Shown one piece after another: positions 1 through 13,274 of a DNA stretch of 64,000 nucleotides. Made by a program: the position numbers and the translations under genes. The notes beneath the pieces were generated by a model. The model searched no databases. It had not been told where the DNA came from and worked only from the letters and a program-made list of their open reading frames with translations. The DNA is from Eledone cirrhosa (Eukaryota), in NCBI GenBank assembly GCA_964016885.1, contig OZ024747.1, forward strand, positions 93,868,001 through 93,932,000, in the 5' to 3' direction. Each line of letters starts with the position of its first letter. Position 1 is the stretch's first letter.

Positions 1-302
<302 letters not shown>

Positions 303-718
303 GTAGCGACGTGGTTAGTCAGTCTAGTCACTACTTCTGATCAGATCCGAGATTAGCCCTTAGAAGGACTTTTATTGCATACGGTCTGATCAGATCTGAA
401 GATAGCCCTTAAAAGGACTGTTGTCGCATATAGCCCTTAAAAGAACTGTTGAGGATGGACAGACGAAAGCACAAGTTGAAAGGACGAAGCAAGGCGAGAT
501 GTAAATTCTATCAGCTATTTATTTTTACATGAAGCGACGATACGAGGTACAAGGCGTGTGAGTGACAAAGCGTAGCAGAGTAAAGGAACAACGATGCGCT
601 AGCTAACTCTGCCAAACGTCGACTGGCGAAGTGTTTGGAACCACTCTATTTATACAGAAACAATCGTTTGATGTTTAGCCGGTGTGTAGGCGTTTATTCT
701 GGTAGCTTTTAAGGGTTA

Positions 719-2700
719 TGTAGCAGTGGCCTCCCTTGTTGTCACTCACAACCCCAATAGATTAACAACATCTAGACGGGAAGTAGAACCCTTTCTGTAA
801 CTTCCGGTCAGAACCCTATAAAACTAACAACTTTAAGTTCTCACTCTCTCATTTGCCCTTCCGGCGCCTGGCCTTCGCCAGGCATCTTCTGCCAGCCTGC
901 GTTTGCCTGGCAATCAAAACGGTAACTACTAACTTTGCTTCATTCTTTCATCTATTTCATTGACATGGCAACTATACTGTTAGATTGTTAATTAAATATT
1001 ATACGCACAAACGATGTCTCCTTGTTACATTCATACAACCCAGTATCTTCGCTATATTGGTAACCCCGACGTGATACGAACACGCAGCCGTTCATTGTTA
1101 TAAGTGGTCACCCCGAAAAAAAAAAAATAGCAGAATCTGGTGTTGTGTGAGTAACATTACGAATACACAGCAAATTTATTGACAAACTATGAAAATACTC
1201 AAAGAAACGCACACACGCACATGTGAAATTCGCGTTCAGACAGACCATTTCTCTCACGCATCAACTAACTGTCGCATTTCACGATATATATATATGTTTC
1301 TCGTTTCTTACAACGAACACTTTTCAAAACAAAAAGAAAAAAAAAGAAATTTGATTTTTTTTTTTTTAAAACATTTCAACAGGAACATTTATTTTCGATG
1401 ACCCATTGCCCTTTTTTTTTTTTTTCATCGTTTTCTTCATCGTTCAAGTTTTTTTTCCAAAGTTCACACCAATATTTATGCTGAGTGAAGCCTTTCTTTT
1501 GCATCATTGTCACTTTCACACTTGCACTATCATTTTCTCGCGCGTTAGAAATATTATTTTTTCAACCTAACTTAACCTTGTATTGGCACGTGTAGGCAGC
1601 ACAAATTCTCAACTCACGGAGATATCTCGACTCACAGAGATAGCCGCACGCCAGAGATAACGTTTCTCGCCAAGGATTCTTCAGCCTTAAGCTATATTCT
1701 CCTATTTGCCGGTTTAAAAATTTACCACGTAAATTTGCCGTTGAAAACTGCGCATTTATTCAGAATGCTTATTTCTTTGGTCGCTGGCCTCTTGACCCTT
1801 CCAGGTCAACGCATTCTCAACAGCGACCATCAACTTCGGCTGTTATTTCTAGCACTTTGCGCAACTCATTTTTTCCGAAAATTTTTTTTTTTACTGTGAA
1901 TTTAAACACCGAATACGCTCACTCCGCGAGACAGCAACACAGCTTCACCAACAACCAAAACCAGCAGAACAAGCCAGAGAATTTATTTTTGCAGCACTCT
2001 TCCTGTGAGAAAATCCATTCGGAGGTTGGAAATTTCACGATATACCACAGAACAGAAACCACCTGCATTCATTCTCTGGAACACACTTTCTCTCCTGCTG
2101 TCATGTGATTGCACACCTGTGAACTATATTTTGTACATTTGAACTTTGAGCTCTTCTCTTACTTTATTACATTGTATCTTTGGGTGATGGATAGATAGAT
2201 GTCCAGTCGTTCTCTGGCCAAGAGCGGTTGGCTACCTTGACATCTATCATTGATTTTTGCAAACATTCTTTTGTCGTAATTTTCATGCCTGTTACAACAT
2301 TCTCGCCATCTTGCTACATATTCCATTCGATTTTTATATTCTAAAATTCTGGCGGGAGGTTATGTAGCAGTGGCCTCCCTTGTTGTGACTCACAGCCCCA
2401 ATAGATTAACAACATCTAGACGGGAAGTAGAACCCTTTCTGTAACTTCCGGTCAGAACCCTATAAAACTAACAACTTTAAGTTCTCACTCTCTCATTTGC
2501 CCTTCCGGCGCCTGGCCTTCGCCAGGCGTCTTCTGCCAGCCTGCGTTTTCCTGGCAATCAAAACGGTAACTACTAACTTTGCTTCATTCTTTCATCTATT
2601 TCATTGACATGGCAACTATACTGTTAGATTGTTAATTAAATATTATACACACAAACGATGTCTCCTTGTTACATTCATACAACCCAGTATCTTCGCTATA
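719..2700 (+). mobile_element. Non-autonomous LTR retrotransposon (family B) nested in the LTR of element A
   Basis: Near-identical 338-bp LTRs 719-1056 and 2363-2700; PBS tggtaaccccgacgtgat (1058-1075) complementary to the tRNA-Trp 3' end with 1 mismatch; PPT ggcgggagg before 2363; no gag/pol ORF inside. Confidence 0.85.
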
Positions 2701-3565
2701 GTTCCTTTGTTTCACGTTGCGGTAGCTAGCTAACAGGTAGATGGCGCTGTATATTTCACAGATGTTATTTCCGGTGGCTGTACATTATCCCCCTGCCAGA
2801 TCTTTTGTACAACAAAAGAGCGAAATATCGTATAGTAATGGGCCAGTGGTGCATTTGTCATGACAATAGCCCCAGGAGTGTCCAGCACGTTGTTAAATTT
2901 TGTGATCATCGAGTACAGGACAGAGTCGATGTAGAGATGATATGGCAAGATGTGTGTGTGAGGAAGAGAAAAAAGAAATAAACTATAAAATGACTTTGAC
3001 CAGATTTATGCAGGCGTGATGAATGAGCCTGTTGCAATTTGGGTTGAGCTGCCTGTGAATTGCGTGACAAAAAGTCTAACTGGGCAGTGAAGATAACCGT
3101 AATTGTGAACTGAATGGCCGTAAGCATGCTGCCTAAAAGTAACAGTTTGCTCCACAGCATATAACTTGAGCGAATGCATGTGGTAAAAAAAAATAGCGAG
3201 GCATTCTCGAGCTATTGAGTGAATGTGTACGTGAAAAAAGAAGGCCAGTGTTTTGAGGATGCGATTTGTGAAATACGTGATCAAAGAGAAAACATTTTGT
3301 AGTGTAAGAGTTAGAGGGACACAAATATCTATTATTCAGTGTATGAACCAAAAGGTGAAACAAACGTGGTTTTGAAGTGTGCATGAAAAACAGGATATGT
3401 ACACGCCTTGTATGTATATAAAAATGATGGCAATTACACAATCAATGTTACAGAACAAGAAAAATATAAATTTTTGCAAAACAAGAGAGCGAAGAAAAAA
3501 AATGTTATACACAACGATATACGCAATGTTTGTTCTTAAATAGAGTTTGTAATAAATAATGTTCA

Positions 3566-4275
3566 TTATAAATAATGTTCTTCGTGACATGAGCAGATGG
3601 TCACTAAAAATTGCAATTGTTCAAGCAGAAAGTTCATTGTATTTGAAACTGGAAATAGTAAACACAAGAAAAATGGAAATGTTTTGCACGAAGAATGATT
3701 AAGAAACTCACTTGAGGTTAACGGTAATTCACATATTGTGCCAACTTTGCGGACCAATGGACGCGTCGTCCGCTTCTCGTGACTGGAGATGAAACAGGTG
3801 GCTCGCTGGGACAGCAATCTGTTGGAGTTTCTGGTGTAAAGACTGTAACAGTATCCATGATGGCTTTTTTTTAATCTGTCGACGCTGACAGAGTTCTGTT
3901 TACTATCTAGATCGAGAATAAAATATTTCGGATATTTTTTTAGAACGCGATAAGGGCCAGCATATGGAGGTCGAAGACGAACTGAGATGGTGTCGTTTCG
4001 AACGAAAATGTGTGTCCAATCTTTAATGTCTGAAGGTACGTGTGTGGCCGTGTTCTGTTGACGGGTGCTTGCAGGAGCAAGGTGAGACATATATTGTCGA
4101 AGACGGTGTACGTATGATCCTGGGTCTGGAACATCCTGAGGAGAGATGGGAGCAACCATCTGACCAGGTAGAATCAGGGTGGTGCCGTACACTAATTCTG
4201 CAGGTGTGTGTCCTAATTCCTCTTTAACGGTGGATCGAATGCCCAGAAGGATGAGTGGTAGGTATTCAAACCATA
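3566..4275 (-). pseudogene. Gypsy integrase C-terminal fragment
   Basis: Translation YGTTLILPGQ...HIFVRND...LRPPYAGPYRVL...VSVDRLK (GPY/F motif). Confidence 0.8.
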
Positions 4276-4767
4276 TGTTGTCGCATATAGCCCTTAAAAG
4301 GACTGTTGAGGATGGACAGACGAAAGCACAAGTTGAAAGGACGAAGCAAGGCGAGATGTAAATTCGATCAGCTATTTATTTTTACATGAAGCGACGATAC
4401 GAGGTACAAGGCGTGTGAATGACAAAGCGTGGCAGAGTAAAGGAACAACGATGCGCTAGCTGACTCTGCCAAAAGTCGACTGGCGAAGTGTTTGGAGCCA
4501 CTCTATTTATACAGAAACAATCGTTTGATGTTTAGCCGGTGTGTAGGCGTTTATTCTGGTAGCTTTTAAGGGTTATTTTGTTGCGGTAGCTAGCTAACAG
4601 GTAGATGGCGCTGTATATTTCACAGATGTTATTTCCGGTGGCTGTACATATATATATATATGTATATATTATATATATTTGTCTGCTCAGTTACTTTTGT
4701 AATACATTTTTTAAATGGTAAAGAGACTTTATGGACACTCTGTATATATATATATATATATATATAT

Positions 4768-5705
4768 AAGTAAAAATTAGCGAGAATCGAATTTCAGTTC
4801 AGGAATAACGAAAAACACTTCCGAGTTGTGTGGCAAGCGCTCGATAATTCATATGAATTAGAGCTTACAACTTACGTTAAAAGCCAAACACACTGAGATG
4901 GTGGTTAAACTAATCATCCGCACAGCAAAAAATCGACCGCCTAATTCGGGTCAAACAGATATACAAATATAAAAATATACATGGTTGAAAATTTACCCGG
5001 ACCCCTGGAGAGATGATAAAATCCAGTATTTGAGTTTCTGCGTCTCCATAAGTCATTTACTGTCCACTTACATAAATGATGTTAGGCTTCTGGTATTCTG
5101 ACCGAACTGGGAGTACGCGTTGTCAACGGGATTCAGTTCGAATGTCCACATAGATGTGTCTGTAACTGACCCCACGTGGGGTTCAGCAAGGGAGGCAACA
5201 CCTATATTAGGCGAATAAATTCAGTTGTGTATAATATTGCGAAAATGCAAAATATCACAAATCGAATAAAGCTCTCGACAGAGTGGTTAAATATAACAAA
5301 GCTATTCAACAGTCAATAGAATAAACCAAAAACAATCGATAAAATTAACTGGCCAATAGCTGGACTCTGGAGATTAATACAAGTAAAAATTAACGAGAAT
5401 CGAATTTCAGCTCAGGAATAACGAAAAACACTTCCGAGTTGTGTGGCAAGCGCTCGGTAATTCATATGAATTAGAGCTTACAACTTACGTTAAAGGCCAA
5501 ACACACTGAGATGGTGGTTAAACTAATCATCCGCACAGCGAAAAATCGACCGCCTAATTCGGGTCAAACAGATATACAAATATAAAAATATACATGGTTG
5601 AAAATTTACCCGGACCCCTGGAGAGATGGTAAAATCCAGTATTTGGGTTTCTGCGGCTCCATAAGTCATTTATTGTCCACTTACATAAAGGATCTTAGGC
5701 TTCTG
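4768..5705. repeat. ~325-bp direct repeats (4768-5092, 5381-5705) around a ~290-bp non-coding spacer
   Basis: Direct comparison; period ~613 bp; begins at a (TA)n tract; several hairpins. Confidence 0.85.
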
Positions 5706-5990
5706 AGAGTGTCCATACAGTCTCTTTACCATTTAAATAATTTATTACAAAAGTAACTGAGCAAACAAATATGTGGAAATTGTTGCAAAATGAGGAGTAG
5801 ATATTGAAGTTTCTTTTAACTAACTTAATACACATCTATATGTGGAGCATTAGTTGCACAAAGGACATCAACAGTGGCAATAGCATCAGTGATCTTTTGC
5901 TTGAGATCACTGATGTCTCGTTTCTTTGTTCGATACACGATATCTTTTACATAACCCCATAGAAAGAAGTCGAGGGTAGTGATATCTAGT
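5706..5990 (-). mobile_element. Tc1/mariner transposon end with transposase C-terminal remnant
   Basis: Minus-strand LDITTLDFFLWGYVKDIVY..ISDLKQKI motif; TIR agagtgtcc also present inverted at 4672-4742 followed by TA. Confidence 0.7.
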
Positions 5991-6556
5991 GGTAACCCTA
6001 ACCCATAGTAAGTTCATATTGTTTACATTATACGCTCATCCTATTCTTCCTGTCATTTTGTATCTGTAAGACACAACACAACTTTTACACCATCGTCTTC
6101 TCTGATACATGCATTCACGCTAGCTCGTAGGAGCTAGCAATTTAATGTAGCGTTGGTTAATGTCATAAATAATATTACTCGAAGTGCCAAAGTGAATATT
6201 GTGTGGGTATGGTGTGGCGTGCGGTGGCCGGAAGCGGGGGAGTGCTCGACCGGAAGGGTGCTTGGCCGGAAGGGTGCTCGACCGGAAGGGCCAGCAGATC
6301 GGCCTCTCTCTAGTGGTGACCAGGAACGGTGTGGACGCGAGTTTTGGCAGCTCCCGGTGTTAATGAATTGGACGCACGTGGAAGAGGAGAAACCAGGATT
6401 TAGCGGCGCCTATGAAAAGCGGTAAGTGAGATAGCTTTTTCTAACCACAAGCTATTTTAGCACTGGAAACTGAGATCTGATTAAAAAAAAAGCTACTGGA
6501 AAAACAGAGAGGAGTCTGTTGTTTTTTTTATCACGTACCGCAAGACAAATTAGGAT

Positions 6557-7315
6557 ATGGCGACGAGACTACGAACAAGCGAAGCGATCAGGGCATTTAC
6601 CGGTGAAGGTAATGTCGCTTGGCTGCGAAAAGTCCGGCTGGTCGCAAGCTTACAGAAGATAGAAAATGTGGCTGGCCTCATGGCACTGTACCTCGAGGGG
6701 GACGCGTTGGTACTCTTCCTTGAGTTGGATGAACACAGCCAAAGAGATGCGCAAAAGATTGAGAGGCGCATGATGGAAGTGTTCGCAGAGGGACCGTTAG
6801 CCGCTTTCGCTAAGCTGGCAAGAATTAGATGGAACGGTGAACGCGTTGACATTTTCGCAGCGGAAATACGGCGATTGGCCATGTTGGCTGGATATCAGGT
6901 GGAATGCGAACGCACGGTGCGGTTGGCGTTCATAAATGGATTTCCAGACGACATAGCGGTGAAACTGCAGCAAGTCCCGGGTTACAAAGAAATGGAAATG
7001 TGTTCACTGGTGGAACAAGCCCGGATCATAGCAGAAGATGCCAAGAAGAGTGTCGCGGCGATAGCAACTACAAAGGCTCAAGACAGCTGGCAGCGAAATG
7101 GTGAAAGGGAGGCAACCACGGCACGCGGTCGCCCACGAACGTTTAGAGGTCGTTGTTTTAGGTGCCAGGGCCCGCACATGGCTAGAGACTGTAGAGAGTC
7201 AAGGCCGGAAATAATATGCTACCGGTGTAAGCGACCAGGCCACATCGCTACTAACTGCGACCAGGGAAACGATCCAAGGGGAACTACTGCGCCGGTAGTT
7301 GCCCCTTACGAGTAG
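6557..7315 (+). CDS. gag: Gag with two CCHC zinc knuckles
   Basis: CFRCQGPHMARDC and CYRCKRPGHIATNC. Confidence 0.9.
   Translation: MATRLRTSEAIRAFTGEGNVAWLRKVRLVASLQKIENVAGLMALYLEGDALVLFLELDEHSQRDAQKIERRMMEVFAEGPLAAFAKLARIRWNGERVDIFAAEIRRLAMLAGYQVECERTVRLAFINGFPDDIAVKLQQVPGYKEMEMCSLVEQARIIAEDAKKSVAAIATTKAQDSWQRNGEREATTARGRPRTFRGRCFRCQGPHMARDCRESRPEIICYRCKRPGHIATNCDQGNDPRGTTAPVVAPYE
7264..7307 (+). promoter_or_regulatory. -1 programmed ribosomal frameshift signal (gag-pol)
   Basis: Slippery G GGA AAC (7264-7270) in the gag frame, 5-nt spacer, hairpin aaggggaactac..gtagttgcccctt; -1 frame is open into the protease. Confidence 0.75.
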
Positions 7316-10057
7316 AGGCGCTGTCCGTGGTGGAAGTCTTCGTGAGGGGAATCCCACAGCGAGCCCTCGTGGACACGGGCTGTACGACGACACTGGTGAC
7401 CGCGGGGGTGGCGCAGAGGTGGAAAGGGAAGAGCAGCGTAAGGGCAGTTGACGGCAGGAAAATTGAATGCCGAGGTCGCAGCGAGATGGAAATAGCGGTA
7501 CGGGGAAGGAAAATAAGGCTTTCTGCCATCGTAGTAGACATCGTGGTGGATGGGATCGGCGTGGTTATGGGCATGGACGCAATTGGCCGTCTAGGAGGCG
7601 TCACAGTGAACAACGTCGGTGTGTCGTTTGGCGGCGCTGCATCGGTATGCGCTGTGAGTACGCGACAGGAGAACCAGAAGGCCCACGAGGAGAAATACCC
7701 CGCTTAGACTGTGCAGGACAAAGACTTCAAGGCCGTGTTCCATGGGCAGCGATGGGTTGTTGAGTCGTACTGGAAGGGAGAACCACCAACACTGAAGACC
7801 AAAGTGGGCTGCTATCAACACACATTGAAAGGAAACATTAGGAGCGAGAGGTAGAGAGATGGATTGAAGAGGGCATACTGCTTCCCTGGAAAGAGGAGGT
7901 GAAGTGCGGAGTATTGCCGTTAATGGCGGTGGCGCAACCAACGAAGAACAAGGTGAGGCCGGTGCTGGACTTTCGGGAGCTGAACGAGCACGGGTGGCGA
8001 GGTCAGGTATGTCTGTGGGGAAACCCTGCGTGAGTGGAGACGCATGACGGGGTGTTCAGCAATCGTAGATCTAAAGTCGGCATACTTGCAATTGCATATA
8101 GATGAGAAGCTCTGGCAGTATCAGCTGGTCAGGTATAAGGGCCGGACATATTGCCTGACCAGGCTCGGTTTCGGGCTCAGCTCCGCACCGAAGATCATGG
8201 CGGCGGTCCTCAAGACCATTCTGGGAAAGGCCGACAAGATGAAGAGAGCCACTAACTCCTACATTGACGACATCCTAGTGGACGAGTCTGTGGTGTCGGC
8301 GGCGGAGGTCACGAGCCATTTACAGGGGTATGGACTGGCTGCGAAGCCGTCAGAAGCGTTGGAGGGCGGAGCCGCGCTGGGACTTAGGCTACGGCGAGAC
8401 AGGACGGGCGTCTTGGTATTCCAGAGGGGAAATGAAGTTCCAGAACTGGGCCCAAGTATGAGTAGGCGGGAGCTTTTCTCGGTGTGTGGAAAGTTGGTGG
8501 GTCACTACCCGATTGCTGGGTGGCTCCGGACGGCATGCAGCTATGTCAAGAGACGAGTGGGAGAGAGGACGGTGGCCATGATGCAGGAGATCGTGGGGAG
8601 GGTGAAGGCCGACGACCCAGTGCGGGGACGCTGGTATGTTCCCAAATCGCAGAGCGGGACCGTATGGTGCGATGCCAGCAGCATAGCGCTGGGTGTCACG
8701 TTGGAGATAGGAGGTGTTGAGGTCGAGGATGCAGCCTGGCTTAGGAAGAAGGACGACTGCAACCACATCAATGTGGCCGAACTGGACGCAGTGTTGAGAG
8801 GAGTGAACCTCATCTTGAGGTGGGGACTGCGCACCATCGAGATACGCACCGACTCGGCTACTGTACTCGGATGGGTGAGATCAGTGCTCACCAGTGAGGA
8901 GAGGGGCGGCGGAGATGCTGATAAAGCGCCGCCTGGGAACTTTAGGAGAGCTGGCCACCGAGTTCGACCTGAGGCTGAGCGTAGTTTTCGTGCCCTCAGA
9001 GAAAAATAGGGCGGACGTCTTAACTAGGGTGAAGAAAGCCTGGATGGAAGCGCCGGAGGAGGTAGAAGATGAGATAGCTGCCGTGTGTCGGCTGACCGAG
9101 TCGGATCTGAAAGGGTTGCATGACATGCACCACATGGGAGTGGATAGGAGCATGTTCCTAGCCAGGAGAATCGACTCGGACGTTAACAGACACAGTGTTC
9201 AAAGGGTGGTTAGAGGCTGCGTCCGATGTCAGTCCATTGATCCCGCCCCGGGTGTACACGAAACGGGAAGCCTCCCGGTGGATCGCGACTGGAAGCGATT
9301 GGCAGTGGATGTAACGCACTACCGACAGGGAACGTACCTCTCGATGGTCGACTGTGGACCAGGACGGATGGCGATATGGAGGGAGATGAAGACTGGAACG
9401 GCCGAGGAAATCATGCGGACGTTGAGAGAGGTGTTCTTGGAGCGGGGCCCTGTGGACGAACTGCTGATGGACAACAGCGCAGCGTTCCGCTCGGAGGCGC
9501 TGAGGGAGATGCTCGATGGATGGAAGGTGGACCGTTTCTTCAGAGCAGCGCACAGGCCGAGCGGGAATGGAATTGTGGATCGACACCACCGGACGATCAA
9601 GGCAATGGCGGAGCGGGGCCATATCTCACCAATGGAGGCAGTGTTCTGGTACAACATGTCCCCTCGGGTGGGACAGGTCGAGGAATCGGTGCCACACAGA
9701 GCAGTATTCAGATACGAGTGGCGGCACCCGTGCACGCCACCACAACGGCCAGTGGGGAGAGAGAGTGCATTCGTGCAGGTGGGCGAAGAAGTCTGGGTTA
9801 AACCCCCAGATGCACGTTGCATATCTCAATGGGGAAGCGGAACGGTGACGGCCGTAAATTCCCAGAACAATGTGTCCGTGGACGGAGTACCACGTCATGT
9901 TCTGGATGTCCGTAGAATCACTGTGTCAACGGACTCCGAGGAAGAGGAAACCCAAAGTGTCGCCCCAACACTGCGGAGATCGCAAAGAAGTCGCAAACCA
10001 CCAACCTGGACAGCAGACTTTCATATGCAGAAGGACGAGGGGGAAATTGATCCTTGA
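7271..10057 (+). pseudogene. pol: Pol (protease, RT, RNase H, integrase), disrupted by a stop and frameshifts
   Basis: ALVDTGC protease; YIDDIL RT; CDAS RNase H; HHMG..CxxC and DDE integrase; split over ORFs 7327, 8044, 8894. Confidence 0.9.
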
Positions 10058-10387
10058 GATCAGGGGGGCGTGTGGGTATGGTGTGGCGTACGGTGGTCGG
10101 AAGCGGGGGAGTGCTCGACCGGAAGGGCCAGCAGATCGGCCTCTCTCTAGTGGTGACCAGGAACGGTGTGGACGCGAGTTTTAGCAGCTCCCGGTGTTAA
10201 TGAGTTGGACGCACGTGGAAGAGGAGAAACCAGCAATGGGATTTAGCGGCGCCTATGAAAAGCGGTAAGTGAGATAGCTTTTTCTAACCACATATTGTTA
10301 TTAATAAATAAACGTTGTTAACAACTCAATCATGGCATTATTCTTTTCATCAAAACTACCATGCAAAGAATACCACTTATCCGCTAC

Positions 10388-10580
10388 ACCTAACCTAACC
10401 CAAACCCAGCGCTAATCTAACCCAACCCCAACACTCATCTAACCCAACTCTAACCTAACTTTAACCCCAACCCAACACTAACCTAACCTAACCCAACCCT
10501 AACGAAACCCTAACCCTAACCATAACCTAACTAACCCTATCCCTAACCTAACCCAAAACCTAACCTAAACCCAACCCTCA
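10388..10580 (+). repeat. Degenerate (CCTAA/CCCTAA)n telomere-like tract
   Basis: Runs of cctaac/ccctaa/cccaac. Confidence 0.7.
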
Positions 10581-10750
10581 CCTTTTCTTAGAGATACAGA
10601 GTTGATATTTTACTGCTACTTTTTGATTTACCATCGATTAAATACGATTGGAACTGTCTGAATGTATTAAATTATATCAGGGACTTTTAACGTATGACAC
10701 CGGTACGAGAGTTGAAACATTCCCAACGACACCGAGTACCTGCTGTCTTC

Positions 10751-10932
10751 GTGGATTGGCAGTATCGGTAGAGGGTCGGACGCCATGCTTTCCAGTATAG
10801 TTACGTCCCTTTACGATCTGAGTTCAAATCCCGCCGAGGTTAACTTTGCCTTTCATCCTTACGGGGTCGATAAAATAAAGTACCAGTAATGAACTGGGTA
10901 ATTGCTGGCCTTGTGCCTAAAGTAGAAACAAT
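10751..10932 (+). mobile_element. tRNA-derived SINE with Meta-like central domain
   Basis: A box tggcagtatcggtag, B box gagttcaaatccc, core actttgcctttcatccttacggggtcgataaaataagtacc; second copy at 59794-59974 (-). Confidence 0.75.
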
Positions 10933-11147
10933 TATAACTTTGGCACTACAACGCTATTAGATGTCAGTCCAGTGGAAAACAGGCGAAGGTGACGTCACTC
11001 GTCAACATCGTTTATTTCCGTATTACTACCACGCGTATGTGGAGTTTTCACGCGTTTTTTTTTGAGAGAGAGGTAAGATGAGAGAGAGATGCTTTATAAC
11101 CATGACTTGTTTTCTAATTTGGCCCTTTTAAGTCTTCCCTCTCTCTC

Positions 11148-12065
11148 TCAACTTATCCCTCTTATACAGTTTCTCTCTCAACATATCACATGTCCATACC
11201 ATCTCAGTCTTCTCTCCCACACAATACAACTTATCCCTCTCATACACAGTTTCTCTCTCAACACATTACATGTCCATACCATCTCAGTCTTCTCTCCCAC
11301 ACACTACGAATTATCCCTCTTATACCCAGTTTCTCTCTCAACTCATCACATGTCCATACCATCTCAGTCTTCTCTCCCACACACCATAACTTATCCCTCT
11401 TATACCCAGTTTCTCTCTCAACACATCACATGTCCATACCATCTCAGTCTGCTCTCCCACACACTACAACTTATCCCTCTCATACACAGTTTCTCTCTCA
11501 ACACATCACATGTCCATACCATCTCAGTCTTCTCTCCCACACACCACAACTTATCCCTCTTATACCCAGTTTCTCTCTCAACACATTACATGTCCATACC
11601 ATCTCAGTCTTCTCTTCCACACACTACAACTTTTCCCTCTTATACCCAGTTTCTCTCACAACTCATCACATGTCCATACCATCTCAGTCTTCTCTCCCAC
11701 ACACTACAACTTATCCCTCTTATACACAGTTTCTCTCTCAACACATCACATGTCCATACCATCTCAGTCTTCTCTCCCACACACTACAACTTATCCCGCT
11801 TATACCCAGTTTCTCCCTCATCTCACCACATGTCCATACCATCTCAATCTTCTCTCCCACACACCACAACTTATCCCTCTTATACACAGTTTCTCTCTCA
11901 ACACATCACATGTCCATACCATCTCAGTCTTCTCTCCCACACACCACAACTTATCCCTCTTATACCCAGTTTCTCTCTCAACACATCACATGTCCATACC
12001 ACCTCAGTCTTCTCTCCCACACACTACAACTTATCCCTCTCAGATACAGTTTCTCTCTCAACTCA
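11148..12065 (-). repeat. 80-bp minisatellite (~11 copies) derived from an RTE ORF C-terminus
   Basis: Period 80; minus strand reads LREKLGIRGIS..ERRLRWYGHVM; joined to the RTE fragment 12066-12352. Confidence 0.85.
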
Positions 12066-12352
12066 TCTTTGCGTGGTCATTCACGCACATTGACATTGCA
12101 CATCCAAACTGAGCATGCTTGCCTCATTTCTCTCCAGCCGTCGCATATCCTCTGCAGTTGCTGCCCATGTCTCACTACCATGCAGCATTGCGCTCCTCAC
12201 ACAGGCATCATATAACCGGCCTTTCGTACGCATGGGGAGAAACCCTTCTTTGTCAGCAGAGGAAGCAGCTCCCTAAACTTCTTCCAAACCGTCCTTATTC
12301 CAGATACTAGGGCCTCGGAGCACCCTCTTCCATTGCTCATCTGATCACCTAG
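12066..12352 (-). mobile_element. RTE LINE fragment
   Basis: Homologous to 54840-55115. Confidence 0.85.
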
Positions 12353-12597
12353 ATATTATCTACTTTTAGATTCAGAATAACAGCTCCAACCTAGAAAAGT
12401 GCATGCCTTGTATTGTGCTACTGGGACGTCTGCTAGAAAGTTCGAAAGACTTGCTTAAGACATTCTACCATTCTTATAGTGAGTATTACAATATTACCAG
12501 ATTCTTTTACTGGTTTCAGTCATTAGACTGTGGCCATGTGGGGGCACTGCGTTGATTTATTTGTCTCTATCCATAATCACTAACTCAATTACACACA

Positions 12598-12856
12598 GTT
12601 TATATATTAAGACAGGGGGGGGGGGAGAAAAAATGGCTTCACTTGTGCTTTCAACAAATTTATTTTCTTCACAAAATCCCAAAAGAATTTTTTTCCGGAT
12701 TAAAAAAAATTTTTTTCTTAAAAAAAATTATCTTATAAATTAAGTTGTTTGGTATGTGTATATATATATAGATATATATGTATGTGTATATGTATGTATA
12801 TGTGTGTATGTGTCTGTATGTGTTTATGTGTACATATATGTATATATATATGTATG

Positions 12857-12887
<31 letters not shown>

Positions 12888-13234
12888 ATGCCTCTCTCTA
12901 TATATGTATATATATATATATGTATGTGTGTATGTGTGTGTGTGTATGCATGTATGTGTGAACGGAGGTATATATACGGACATATGTATATGTGTGTGTA
13001 TGTGTGTGTGTGTGTATACACGTGTATGTGTGTGTGTGTGTGTATGTGTGCGTGTATGTGTATATATGTATATTTAGTTATGTATCTTTATGTGTATATG
13101 TATGTATGTGTATGTATGTATATGTATGTATGTGTATATATGTATATATATATATATATGTGTGTATGTGTGTATATATATATATATATATGTGTGTGTA
13201 TGTGTGTATATGTATGTGTATGTATGTATATGTA

Positions 13235-13274
<40 letters not shown>

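Larger units (their letters stand above)
6202..10292 (+). mobile_element. Full-length compact Gypsy LTR retrotransposon (family C)
   Basis: LTRs 6202-6449 and 10071-10292 (TG..CA); 5-bp TSD TATTG on both sides; PPT caggggggcg; order gag-PR-RT-RNaseH-INT. Confidence 0.95.

Noticed and set aside
10388-10580. True telomere
   Set aside because: Short, degenerate and interstitial
10985-11055. CRE palindrome tgacgtca and acgcgt motifs as a promoter
   Set aside because: No associated gene start; short motifs expected by chance
11089-12215. Long ORFs of 334 and 341 aa
   Set aside because: Stop-free frames of the 80-bp minisatellite
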